This document shows, piece by piece, positions 12,300 to 24,626 of a stretch of DNA of 64,000 nucleotides. The translations under genes were made by a program, and so were the position numbers. Position 1 is the stretch's first letter. Each line of letters opens with the position of its first letter. The notes below the pieces were generated by a model. That model was not told the origin of the DNA. It searched no databases and worked only from the letters and a program-made list of their open reading frames with translations. Origin of the DNA: Guillardia theta CCMP2712 (Eukaryota > Protista > Cryptophyta); contig NW_005434654.1 in assembly GCF_000315625.1 (NCBI RefSeq), forward strand, positions 864,593 to 928,592, read 5' to 3'.

Positions 12300-13560
12300 C
12301 AGAAGCGATGGCAGGATTGGCGTGGGGTGCGACGTTCAAGTAAGCGATTGTTCCACGACTTGGCATATTCTGAGTTTGATCAGATTCTGGGACGCGAGTA
12401 CTTGGTCCATGCCAGAGGTTTTTAGCAGGAATCTGTGAATGCAACATGCCGCCTCACTCGTTTCTACCAGTATGCCTTGTGGTCTGTGGTGATCCTGTTG
12501 GGGCTGGAGCTGATGAGCTACCTGGTGAATGAGATTCCTCAGAGGTTTTTCAACCCATCCGCCATCCCCATCAGGTCTGAAACCCTCGACCTCACTGAAG
12601 GGCTGTGATGGAGAAGCGCAGAGGGAAGCACCTGGACGTGCTATCATGGAAGGATATCAGTTTCATCACGTGGAACAAGTTCACCACCACGTGAGTCTCG
12701 TTTCTCTTGCAGTCGCAAATGACCCTCCTTAGGTTGTTCACCTATCACGCCCTTCGTTTCTGCTGGCTTAGCCCGCGGATCGCTTGGGTGTCTGCACGAT
12801 TGGCTGATCGACTTTCAGGCCACTGACAACGCTGATGCAGGGCTGGTCTGAGATGACAATTTTGAATACAGTCATCGCTTTCTTCTCATTGTTTGGTGAC
12901 TTTTATCCTTCACCTGACTTGTACATCTCAAGTGCTTGTGGGCAGTGGTTTACGATTTCTTCTACTGTATCTGGCACAGAATATTACACGTCAGGGGGCT
13001 GTACAAGTACGAAAAGATATCATGTCAAATGAAGAACTGAGTTTATCTGCAGATTCATTCACAAGCACCATCACCATCAGGTCTGTCTTCACGTCTTTCC
13101 TCTTCCCCCCTGATGCCTTGCCTGGGTTAGGCTGCGCCATCCCGAGGGAACGCAGGTGGATGAAAGCAATGGCGGAAAGGCTCCTGCTGACTTGCGGCAG
13201 ATGCCGTGAATGTTCATCCGATTGAATTCATCGTGGGGGAATACTGCCACCTCCTCGCCATCTTCATCATCCCGTAAGGCTGGTGTTGAGAGAATTGAGT
13301 CTCTCACATCTCAACAGATGCCATGCTGTTGTTGCTGCTGTCTTCGTCGTCCTGGGAGGGATTCTGGCATCTCTCAATCATACGGTATCTTCTCTTCCTA
13401 TTCTTTGCGCTCCTTTCCTCTACTCTCCTCTCCTTTACTCTACTCTACTCTGCTCTACTCTACTCTACTCTACTCTACTTTCGTGTTGATCCTGCTCGTG
13501 GTAGCGTTACGATATAGCGGTACCGCTGCTGTTCGATACGAAAGCTCACGACCAGCACCA
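12300..13560 (-). CDS. Possible hypothetical multi-exon gene
   Basis: Series of short open segments bounded by GT/AG-like sites (e.g. DDEDGEEVAVFPHDEFNRMNIHGIC, YSREIVNHCPQALEMY). No recognisable domain; limits are guessed. Confidence 0.25.
13418..13479. repeat. (CTCTA)n pentanucleotide microsatellite
   Basis: About 12 slightly imperfect units of tactc. Confidence 0.9.
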
Positions 13561-13785
13561 TGTTATCCCGACAGTCAATTACGGACAGTGAGCTTGAGAT
13601 TGCATGTAATGAGTGTGTTGAACGCAAAGCAGGTACACGATGCTGTGGGATCGAGTGTTTGGAACTTACGTTCCTCATCCTCTGTCGTCACGTCCTAAGG
13701 CAGAATGAGATTGGTTCACACCTTTGCCCAGCTGCTTTCTCTATGTTCAACTGTATTAAGTGTAAAGTGAAAGAAGACACAAACG

Positions 13786-16700
13786 TTAGTGGTCATGGTC
13801 TGCCAAGGACTTCATCAGCCGTGCTGTCATCTTCTTAGTCTTGCTGTACGCGTCCTGCACTGACAGTTACCTCTCCTGCTTCCTCCCTCCCTCCCTCCGC
13901 TCACCATCGCCCCGAGAAGCCGCACGTCTCCTTCCTCCACAAGTTTCCTGCACTTTGCTACCTCATCTTCGCCAAGGACGTCCTGTTGAGGCGCGTCAAC
14001 TTTGACAAACACGTCGCTGACTTACCTTGAAGTCTTGGAAAGTATCCGCATCCTCCGCTCCCTTGTGCTTGACAGGCGTCAGATCCTGCTCTGCCTGCAA
14101 GACATCCGCAGGCTGCACGAGCTCGCGAGCTCCGTGTCTTCTGTTAAGGGCAAATCGCCCGATCATGCAGAGAAGCTGTATCCCTACGGCAGCGACGGCG
14201 CACAGGATGGGAGCGAAGGTAAGCCAGTACTGGAGCGTCGTGTTGTCTGCGACACGGTGAGCTGCGGCAAGCGACCTGGGAGCTTCTCACCTGGAGGTGT
14301 GAAGCTTGCTTTGATGTTAACTTTCGTGTTCCCAGACCCGACCAGCCTCCTGGAGTTCTGCACGGACAGAGTCTGCGGGCTCAAGGATCGTCTGGCGGAG
14401 GCTCCGGCAGCCTGCAGCTGTTTGTTGGTCAGCGGCAAGAGTTCTGAGAGGCTCAAAACCTGCTCGTAGCACGCGTTCGCTCGAGCTTGTCCAGGATCCA
14501 TTTGCAGCGATCCGAGCCCCGAGGTGTCGAAGAAGCACTGGACGTAGGTAGAGTTGTGCTTGACCTGAGCAGCCGTCACCATCGAGCTGGAGGCAAGGAA
14601 GACGCACCTCAGGAACGAAGGAGCCCTCGTTGAAGGGGAAGTAGACGATCTGATATAAGCCGTAGTACGGGAGACCGGTAGCCGGGTTAGTGGAGGAACC
14701 AGATGGTCCGACGGCGTAGCTGATGGTGATACCAACGTTTGTGTCCTGATTCCCTCCCAAGCACGGCAAGGTTGCGTCGTTGCCGACAGTCTGGCACAGC
14801 TCGAAGACGATGTCTTCCGAGCCGCTGGGATAGGCTGTGGGGTCTACTCGTAGGAAGTTGCCGTACTTGTCTCTGGTTTGCACGTACAAGGTTGAAGTCG
14901 CACCGGCAACGACGTTGAGGAGATCTCCGTACACGTAGGTCAGCGCGATCTCAGCTGGAGCGCTGGCGATCTCGAGCATGAAAGGAGATCCAGCTCCGCT
15001 CACCCCGGCGAAGGAGATGGAGACCATGTAGCTTCCTGATTGCGTCAAGCGGTAGGTCGTGCCGTAGCTGCCGTCAGCGTTGTCGACGACGTTTCCTGTG
15101 TTGGGGGAGGCCGAGGGGTTGAGAGGAGCTTGAGAGACTACATTCCACAGCGTCAGCAGCACGGAGACGGAGTCTCCACCGGGCCTTCGGTTGAGAAACT
15201 CGTCTCGAGCAGTGATGATGAAGCTTGACGACGTTCCTGCCGTCGAGATGGTGAGGAAGGTTCCCCGCGCCACAGAAGAGGACGGGGAGGTGACTGCCGG
15301 GGACACCACGAGGGTGTATGGGTTTGGATTCGTCTGGCTTGCGCTCGCATCGCCAGCAATGAGGTCCTGGTACTCCTGCCCCCCATTGCCGACGTAGATG
15401 GAGATGGTGTAGGTTCCGGCCTTGACGGGCGAGTATGCGGACTGATAGCTTCCCGAGCCAAGGGAGATGGTGGACGGGGACATGCTGGGGAGGTTGGTCC
15501 CTGTGACGTCGATCCTGAATCTAGCTCCATCTGCGCTTCTACCGAAGACGTCCTGCAACAAGACCATCGCAGGTCACTAGCACGCGCTGACCTCCGGCAG
15601 GTCTCACCCGACACGACAGCGAGAAGAAGGATTTCGATCCTGCAACCGCAGCCGTGAGGCCATCGCCACTGGCGCGGCAGCTCTTGTAGAAAGGCGTCTT
15701 GGTCTGGAACACGAAGAGGTCGCTGCTGTCCTTGGGCACGTCATCGACCACTTGTGTCCCTCCCTGCCCACCACAGGCGTCAGCACACTTGCAGCTTGAG
15801 AGTCACTCGGCTCACGAAGATGTAGATGTAGAGGTTGATGCTGTCGAGCTTGATGCTAGACGCGATGCTGCCTGAAGGCTTGCTGCCCGGAACATCCACC
15901 TGAGAACCTTTCAGCATGCCGAGCGACAGGAGCAGGTCAGCGTACCAGCACCCATGTCAGGCTCGTCGTGCACTTGCCTTGTTGGACGCAGGTAGAGTCG
16001 AGGTTGGTAAGGTTGAGATACCTGGGCGAGCTTGGAGGTCAGAGAACCCTCGAGGTGCGGAGTCGCTGCGATCAGGTACCATAAGTCGTTGAACGCCGTC
16101 GCGTAGGTGGGGAAGTTTCCGTTCATCAGGTCGTACATGCCTGAGCCGACGCATCCTTTGGCGTTGCCGCATCCGAACCCTCCATACACCAGCAGAACCC
16201 CGTTGCTGCTCGCTGAGTTGGACATGGTGGTAACGGCAGCATCCCTCCTCGCCTGGGGGCAGGCGCCTCCAGTGTGGCATGAGGTGTAGAGCTTGGCAAA
16301 GGTCGCCTGCTTGGAAGAGAAGAAAGTCGTGTGGACGTCGGAGCTGAGGTCCCATGTCGCGGTTCTGTTGGCGAGGTCGGTGGACTCTCCGCCGAACATC
16401 ATCAGGAGGAGGAACTGGGCAACATGGTCTGAGCCAGGGCCGCGAGAGCTCAAGGGGACTCACCTTTCCCTGCAGGTTCACAGACACGGTCGAGTGTCCA
16501 TGCAGCGGCCCTGGCAGTGAGCAGCTGGAGGTGCCCGCAGTACAGCCAGTGGGGTTGGAGGAGCCATAGCAGTAGGTGACTGACGAGGGCGGGGAGGTGA
16601 AGTTCTGACAGATGCCTCTCATGCACGCGCCTGCACACAGATGAACCAGTCAAGTCAAGGACAAGAGGGCGCGAGCGAGGGCGCTTACCTGACTTGCAGG

Positions 16701-19700
16701 AGCTCAGCTGGGAAAACTGTGCTGCTCCTCCAATCATGTAGTACTGCCCCAGATAGCTTGTCTTGGACCAGGTGGAGGTCTGCAGGAAAGAGTTGTTTGT
16801 GGCGTACGACCGCGTCATGTAAGTCTGCAGACTGTTTTGCCAGGAGGATGAGTCACTCAGACGTGTCATGATCTGGCGGAAGAGATCGCTTCCGGTGACG
16901 AAGGTGATGTTCAACCTGCTGTTAGAGAGGACCTGTGCGTTCAAGTTGTAGATGTAGCTCATGGACGTGGTTGCTACTGGTGGGTACTGCGGAGAAGGGA
17001 AGAAGTTGCTGGAGACGAAGCCGTAGAAGGTGCTGGAGTCGAAGGACGAGGTGACACCATTGAGGATCAGCGAGATCGTGTATCCGTTGTCAATCTTCGC
17101 AGTGTCGAGGTACCAGAAGTCTCCCAGCGCTTGTCCGTTCACGTCCACCCCTCCATAGATCAGCCCGGCCTGACTTCCGGATATGAACGCATCGTTGATG
17201 ATGGTGTGCAGGCAGCGCGCAGGGATGACGCTGTAAGCGCCGCTAGTTTGAAAGATGAGCTTGAACTGAGAGAGCTGATTGTTGTTGAAGACCAAGATAG
17301 CTGACGTCGAGGTGACCTGGTTGCTGGAGTCAGCGACGGCCCCTCGAGCTGCGAACGTCAGGCCTGGTTTGAAGTTGTTCAAGATGCCGCCATGGGACAC
17401 GAGGACAGTAGCAGTCTGATTGGCCTGGAAGGTGGTGAAAGCGAAGTAGGTCTTGACCTCGCTCTTCAAGCTCTGGTCCACGTTGGTCCACGACCGGCTG
17501 AAGAGGTCAAACTTCCAGAGGTCGTTGAGTCCCTTCTGATTCTGAGTGCCGCCCATCATGACCAGGGTGTACTCGTTGAGGCTTGCCAGACCCGCGTAGC
17601 TTCGCGAGGGAGGGCCTTCGGCAAGGACAGGAAGGTTGGAGAGAGCCTGCGACAGGCTCGAGGAAGAGACATCTACAGTGTAGATACTGTTGCTGAGAGA
17701 GTTTTGCACGAAGCCTCCGAACAGAATCGCATGCGTGGAGTTGGACACTTGCGAGAAGAAGCTGTGCACTGCACCGCTCATGGTATACGCCACGCGTTTC
17801 CCCACCAGGTACTCCAAGGCGTCAATGGTCATCGGATCAGAGATGGACGTCGTCAAGGAGTAGTTGCCGATCAGGGCAAGCGGCAGGAACTGCGAAGACA
17901 AGCCCCCGATGGTGTAGGCTTGATAGCCGGACGCCAAGCTGGCGTACATTGACAAGCCGACTCTGCCCTGTCCGGACGGGTTGATCTCGAGGAGGGTGAA
18001 GGGGCTGAAGCCTTTGAGCGCCTTCTGCAGGTCGAGCATCCAGAGGTCGTTGAGGGGGCTCGTCAAAGCGACGCACACTTGACTGGCGCCTGATGTCGAG
18101 TAGGTCGCGCACCCGATGCCTCCGTATATCAAGAGTTTGCTCTTGGAGACGGCAGCGGTGGCATGCCCGAAGCGAGCTGGGATCCAGCTCAGATCGAACA
18201 CCGTCGGCGAGCAAGTCGCGGAGCCTCCTGGACAGATCTGAAGGAATGGAGCTCTAGACGCGAACTTGGAGCTGTTTGCTTGCGTGTGGGTCAAGTAGCG
18301 CTCGAAGTCCGTCAAGGAGCTCATGGCGGGTCGGGTGGTGGGTAGGATGGAAGGCATCTTGGTAGCGGTGCCGCCTCCCATCACGATGGTCGACGAGCTA
18401 TGAGCTTGTTGGCTCGTGTAGCAAACCTTCTCCCCGCATGACTTTCCTGCCCCTCCCATGTCGCAGCACGGAACAACTGTCGTCGGAGCCCAGTAGGAGT
18501 AGGAGGAGTTGAGCTTGACTAGTGCACTCGAGTCAAGGAAGGAGGAGGGAGGGTCGACAGTAGCCCAGCCTTGAAGCGAGTCGTTGTACAGCGAGATGGC
18601 TGAGTATCCAGGGAGACAGATCTGCAGCGTGTCGGATGAGACGCATCCTCCCTGTCGTCTCATGGCGCTCTGATCTAGCTGAAAGGTCACCCACCCTTGC
18701 ATGCTCGAGCCATGCCAGGAGAACTCCAAGCTCGTTTGCTCGAGCCCAGAGAACTGCGACGAGCTTGGCAACGAGTTGTACATGCGCCGATCAAACCCAT
18801 TCGCTGGCCAAGTGAGAGACACTCGGGGGTTGATGTTGTTTGTGGTTGAGAGGTTTGTGATGTAGAGTGTGTCTGTGGTTGTCGTCTCGTACTGCAGTTG
18901 TATCGTGTCTTGCGAGAGGATCCACTCGTTGGAGGCGAGCAGACCGTTGGAGTTGGAGTAGACGACTTTCTGACTCGCTGGGTTGTACCTGCACATGGCA
19001 GCAGACGGGAAGCGAGGAGGTTGAGCGGTAGCACGGTTCTTGAGCGTGAGAGAGATATTCAAGTACAGCTCTTGGTTGCCATCTTGCTGCATGTCCGTGA
19101 TGATGTAGAAGGAGATCGTGCCCGTGCTCTGAGTCCACAACACCTGACCTGCAGTCGAGCTGCCGCCTGTCGCACTTATTCCGTCGCAATTGGACTTACA
19201 GGAAGCCTGCGGGTTGTTGACTCCGCTCCAGCTGCAGTAGGTCGAGGTAGGAGCCTTGCAGCTCACGTTCAACAGCGTATCGTTGCCAGCAGTCTGAGAG
19301 CCCACGAGCCCGGTGATGGTCACGTCGGTTCCTCCAGGCTGATTAACTTTGAAACCGTTCGAGCCTTGGTTGCCCTGGCTGGAGGAGAAGACAAACGACA
19401 GGGTGATCTGGTTGTCTGCACCATGGAGTCTGGTGGTCTCGTCGCCAGTGAATGAGAAGGGATAGTATGGGCTGCAGGATGGAGGACCTTGAGCCTGATT
19501 GCTCTGACTGTTCGAGTTGCTATTTGCAGACGAGCCTGGATTGCTTCCAGAAGAAGACGAATTTGAAGAGTTCGTTTGAGAGCCATTATGCGGGTTTGGC
19601 TGCTCTGCAAGAAGTTCGTAACGTACTTCAGCTGAAGGGTCCAGACCAAGTGCCTTGAGCGTCCTCGAGCCTGAGCTTTTGACCCCCTCTCGCTTGCGCC

Positions 19701-22700
19701 CATCCATCACCTCTCGTACAAACGACTCAAGCTCATCGATGCTTCTCAAGTCCTTCTTGTAGAGGACATGAGCCAGTGTCTGCTTGTCGCTTTTGCTTCT
19801 GAGCTGGTTCAGGTCTCCCCGGTACTGACCTGGTTGCATGCTGGCCGAGATGTTGCAGTCGATGATCACTCGGTCGTCTTGGGTGTATGTGACGTCGCAG
19901 TACATGCTGGGTGTAGAGCTCGAGCCCGGGGCTTGAGTATCTGGTCCCTTTGGTGTAGTCTGAGTGCAGGGGCATACTTGCTGAAGGGGATACGTGCTGG
20001 AGCCCGGTACGTCACAGTGCGTTGAGTTCTTGAAGTAGCAGATTCCCTGGGTGCTGCAACATGGGTCCTTGGTATTGTTTCCGCAATGGGACACGGGACA
20101 GGCAGATGGGCAAGTCCCTACGCCCGACGAGACTGAAGGCATCCCTCCGTACACGCCCGACATGGTCTTGGGGTCAAAGCAAGAGCACGTCCAGCTGATG
20201 CAGTAGCTCGAGGGGCACCAGTCCGGAGCGAACGAGTTGGTCTTTCCAGGGCCGCACTTGGGAAGAAAAGGAGGGCCGCCATTCTGCGAGCAGATGACTC
20301 CTTCGTCGGTGTATCCGATGTTGGGGTTACAAACCGAGCACACCCGATACAGATTGGTCGGGCACAGACAGGCTGGCACGTCCTTGGGGCAGTTCGGTAT
20401 GTCCTGGCACTGGCAGATACCGGTCTGCGAGATCGCAGTCTGAAAGCTCGTATCGCTCATTTGAGAGGCTGCACAGTCCGTGTCAAAGTACTCGCAGTTC
20501 CCGAAGGTACACGAGTCTGCACGGGGGCAGCCCGAGCAGTAGTCCGTCAAGTTTTGACTTTGACACTCCGAGCCTCCGCCGGTAGCTGTGTTCACGACCA
20601 GACCATTGCGAATGGGTTGATCAAACGTCAGCTCGATCAGAAGCAGGCTGCTGTACGAGGACCCGACCGACGTGTTGTACATGCTCTCCTTGACAGGCTT
20701 GGCAACGTGATGCATCTGCACGTCGTAGTCCTGCCATCATCATCAGCACACTGGCCATCCCGCGCACACGCTCATCGCAGAGTCTTGAGAGCACCTGCAT
20801 GGGAAGCCCGCTCACAGGATCTCGTGCAGCCGGCGTCCGCTTGCCAGTCTTGTCCATGGGGTACAGAAAGGCGTAGGGGTTACAGCGCGAGGGATCAGAA
20901 AGATCCGGGCATGCGGGCCACCAAAGACGGAAGTTATCAATGTAGCCTTTGAACAGCTTGAGCGTCTCCGAGGCCGCCGGGTTTCCCCCTCCGATGTAGA
21001 TGTCGGAGATGCCCTGTGACAAGCGGAGGGAGTTGCTGATGTCAAGAGACAAGAAGTTCCTTCCCTGCTCTGACACGCTGCTGCCGTCAAGAAACATGAA
21101 TGCTTGCGTCAGCACAGCGTCGGGATAGGGGTTGGTCTGTGAGTAGAGCCTACCAAACCTCAGCGTGAAGCACACATGGTGCCACACGCCCAGCACGCTG
21201 CTTGGTATCGGGCCCCAAGTCTTCACCACCACGTCCTGACTATCCGGCAAGAGCGTCAGCCTCACGAAGAGACTGTTGCCCGAGGCATAAACAGTCCAGC
21301 GCAGCAACGACAGTACCCCGTTGTAGGCATCAAGCAGCACAACGCCAGCTGGATCTTGGCTTTGAAGTTGTACCCACATGTCGATCCACAGCGTCCCCAA
21401 GCCCGTCGATGACTGGCACCTACACACCCGTCATGCAGGACCTCGCGCATCAGCTGCTGGCTTACCAGGAAGGCAGGGTCATGGCTATGATGCTGGTGAT
21501 CCCATCGAAGCTTGCCATCTTGTCTTTGGCGCTCGACTCCTGAGACATCCAGCCCTCTGTCAGTACCAAGCATCGCTCTCACGAGCAGGCGCTTACCGCT
21601 TCTGCCGAGTCCATGACCCACAAGTCATTCCTGGGCTGAGGGAGGTTGCAGCTCCCTTGCTTGCCCGGACAGTCGATGGACGCTCCTCCGAACAAGACGA
21701 TGGGCTTCAAGTACTGTCCGAACGACTCCATGACTGTCAGGGTAGCGAACGCGCGATCCGTCGGCCACGAGCTTGCTGTTTGAACCTGCTTCCATTCCAG
21801 GGTGAACATGCTCAGACTCCACATCGTGCTGGTGCTCTGGAACCCCGGGATAGACCCGGCTGCGTTCGAGCATTGAGACCCTGCTAGTCGAAGACCGCCG
21901 AAGACAAACTGGTATGATCCCTCGCTCGTGTACGCCGCAAACACGAGCGGCTCGGGGGCGTACACCTGAAGCGGCTTGGCCGCGCACGAGGCATCCGTAC
22001 CGTAGATGCATCGCCAAGTCTGAGCAGAAAGATCGAGGGCCCAGAGGTCTTGGAAGATCTCCTGCTCAGACATCCCTTGAGCAACGTACATGGTCGATGA
22101 CGTCGAGTCATAGAACGCGACGTGCCCACACCGAGCCGAGGGGCTGTTTCCGGTCTGCAGCGCTGCAGCAGCGTATCAGACACTCGACCAGCAAGGGCGC
22201 AGCCCCGCCCGTCACCTGACTGCCAGCCGCTGGATGTCTTGAACAAGGCCAGGTGACCAGCCGCCAAGGAGTCCTTGTCAAGACCGCCGAAGATCATCAC
22301 CTCCGTCGAAGAGATTACGCCGCTCGATATGTAGCTCGCGAGCGGCGACGCGTCTGACGACCCGTACTGACTCCACACGAGAGTCAGGATGTCGAACATC
22401 CATGTATCCGACAGGACCTGTGACATGTACATCAGCGCATGGCGCCATGACCCCGCCAGCATCCCCGACACGAGAGTCCAAGACTTACCGAGGATGCTCC
22501 CACGCCTTCGGGGCCTTGCCCGCCGTGTACATAGATCTGAAACCCGGCCATCCACATGGCGTGGTATGCTCGAGCCGATGGTGAGGCCGAGATGGGCATG
22601 ATTTCTACCCATCGCGCGGCTGATCGATTGGTGTACTGCTTGAGCACCCAGAAGCTGGACTGAGGGGTCTGCGATTCCCCATCGTCTACTATCCCGTCAA

Positions 22701-23550
22701 AGACAAAGAGCTCCTGCAGACTGACATGGAATGCACTGGCGTGCCCATGCCGAGGATGGGGGAGTAGAGAGCTTGTGGGGTTGCAGCTGCTCCATGTCCG
22801 CGTGGTAGGAGAGGACACGTTGAGGTACCAGCAGTCGTTCAGACTCTTGCCCACGGCCATCCCCACTCCCCCGAAGACGAAAACAACTTGATTCCTGTCG
22901 TCATATGCCATGCTATGGCCGTACCGGTTCTCGGGCCCAGGCCCGTCGAACCGCATCGGGTCCCACGTGGGTTGCGGGCTGATGATAAACCTCCAGCAGT
23001 CTAGCAGCCCTCTCCCCATGGATGATTTCTGCGGTGTCGCGAAGCCTCCGCACAGGAGGGCCGACGCCCCCACCGATATCATCGTATGCTGTGCACGCGG
23101 GCCGGGGACATGCCGGTTGATGGTGCTCGCAGCACACTGAGCATCGTAGATCGTATGGTTCGGGAAGAAGACTACTTCCTCCCAGCTGTTGGCTGCCGAG
23201 TCATACTTCCAAGTATCCCCAAGCACTACCATGGCGCTTCCTATGTTGTTGATCCTGCAAGCAGTACAGTGAGTCGCACGGGGCAGTGCAGGTCAGGCTT
23301 GTACATACCCGCCATGGAGGAAGACGAAGCCTTCAGAAGTGCTGAGCGTTGTAGTGGCGTAAGCGTAGCGAGGGGACGGACCGGATCCACCGGGCTGGAT
23401 GAGCTGCCATTGGAGAGCTAGAGGGAAGAGGGGTTAAGCAGGCACAGGATGGGGGGCAGGCAGCCGGTACTTACGGAGGGCGAAGGTAGAGACGGAGAGA
23501 GACAAGACAAGGAGGAGTCGGAATCTTATTGTGCTTCGATAATTTCTCAT
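13786..23550 (-). CDS. Giant kelch/LamG/Cys-rich/filamin type-I membrane protein, short-linker copy (A); ~18 exons, ~3,000 aa
   Basis: ATG at 23550 gives MRNYRSTIRFRLLLVLSLSVSTFA-LPLQW (signal peptide). Kelch motifs (PSPRYAY, VFVFGG, NDCW, PARFGHA, LNDLW), LamG-like (GVWHHVCFTL...FKGYIDNFRLW), Cys-rich block, filamin-type repeats (FIITARDEFLNRRPGGD, VVDNADGSYGTTY), TM (WLTFAPILCAVAAVGIQLLCMIG), tail ending ...MKSLADHDH* with TAA at 13786-13788. Confidence 0.85.
13793..23508. repeat. Left arm of giant inverted repeat (9.7 kb)
   Basis: Reverse complement of 24663-34888. Paired coordinates sum to 48171 in the inner block and 48684 in the outer block (48681 at the far end after two small intronic indels); mirrored ORFs are visible throughout the ORF track. 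Confidence 0.97.
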
Positions 23551-24626
23551 TTCCTTTTTTCGGGAGTGTGGAATCGGCAATGAATTTAAACAACAATCAG
23601 GTTACAAGAGCGCAGGTCACGGAAGAAAATGCAGTGAAGAACAATGGAGAATTAATTGATTAGTGGAAAAATTTGTAGCGCATGGTTATCTTCATGCATT
23701 TTTCTTCTCCGTTCTCCTTGTTCTACCCATCCTGATCAGGCCATGATATCGGTATTTTAACTGCTGTGAGGGACGCAAATGGTTGTAGTGAGGATCGAAT
23801 TGATGAAAATATTTCTCTTTTGGAAATCAGTGAAATGTGAAGTGTGACTATGATTGAAATTTAGTACAGATATTTGAAAATTTTGCCATTGCAAGATTCG
23901 TGATTTTGCAACGATTTCGAAGAAAGGATCCATCATTTGGCTTTAAGTAATATTTTACAGTACCAAGAGCTTGAATGGTTTTACTCCTGGCCTGCAAATC
24001 GGAAGGGTCATTTTTCCGGACGGGGTCAGATCACAATTGAGTTGATAGATGAGGTGCTGATTTTTAACTTAACTTTGAGTAAAAGATGAGGTGCTAGTTA
24101 TTACTACTGACTCAGTGAATAACTGCTTTTTTCTTTTTCTTGTCTGCGGGCCCCGAAAGACCCCCGTAAAGTGCCCGGCAGGTACCCCTAGACACCCCTA
24201 CCCCCTACCCCACCCCCCGCTCCCCTATCCTTCATGTAAAAGTCACCAGGTATACTTCAATGTTAAAGTCCCAGTGTGACTTATCGGTTCCAGCAACCCT
24301 ACCCCATGGATCGAGGTAAAACTGACCCCTCCCTTGCTCCTCTCCCCTCGCATTTTCCGCACAATCAAACCGCGATCATGTCCCCGTTGTCTCAGTCATC
24401 CCAGCCTCCTTTGAGCTTCAGGCACGAAGCAAACACTCATTGACTACATTCATCCAAGTTGATTCCTTACCAGTCCACGACTAGTTGCTTCAAAAACATC
24501 CTATCTCAATATCTAACAGTTCTCGAACAAGAACTGATACTTTAGGAACACATCACTTTTGTAGAGATTCCTTGCGGGTAAGACATGTATTGAATACAGA
24601 CTTCGTGCTGAAACCAATACCCGAGA
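23551..24626. promoter_or_regulatory. Unique 1.08-kb divergent (bidirectional) promoter region between the two start codons
   Basis: AT-richer non-coding spacer directly upstream of both ATGs (23550 minus, 24627 plus). No long ORF. Role inferred from position only. Confidence 0.6.

Noticed and set aside
16450-20721. Treating the 1423-aa and 1594-aa ORFs as stand-alone genes
   Set aside because: They start and end at GT-AG intron boundaries and are single large exons of longer genes.
23086-23421. 111-aa ORF and its mirror at 24750-25085, plus many other mirrored small ORFs
   Set aside because: Antisense or off-frame shadows of the kelch gene exons; their duplication simply reflects the inverted repeat.
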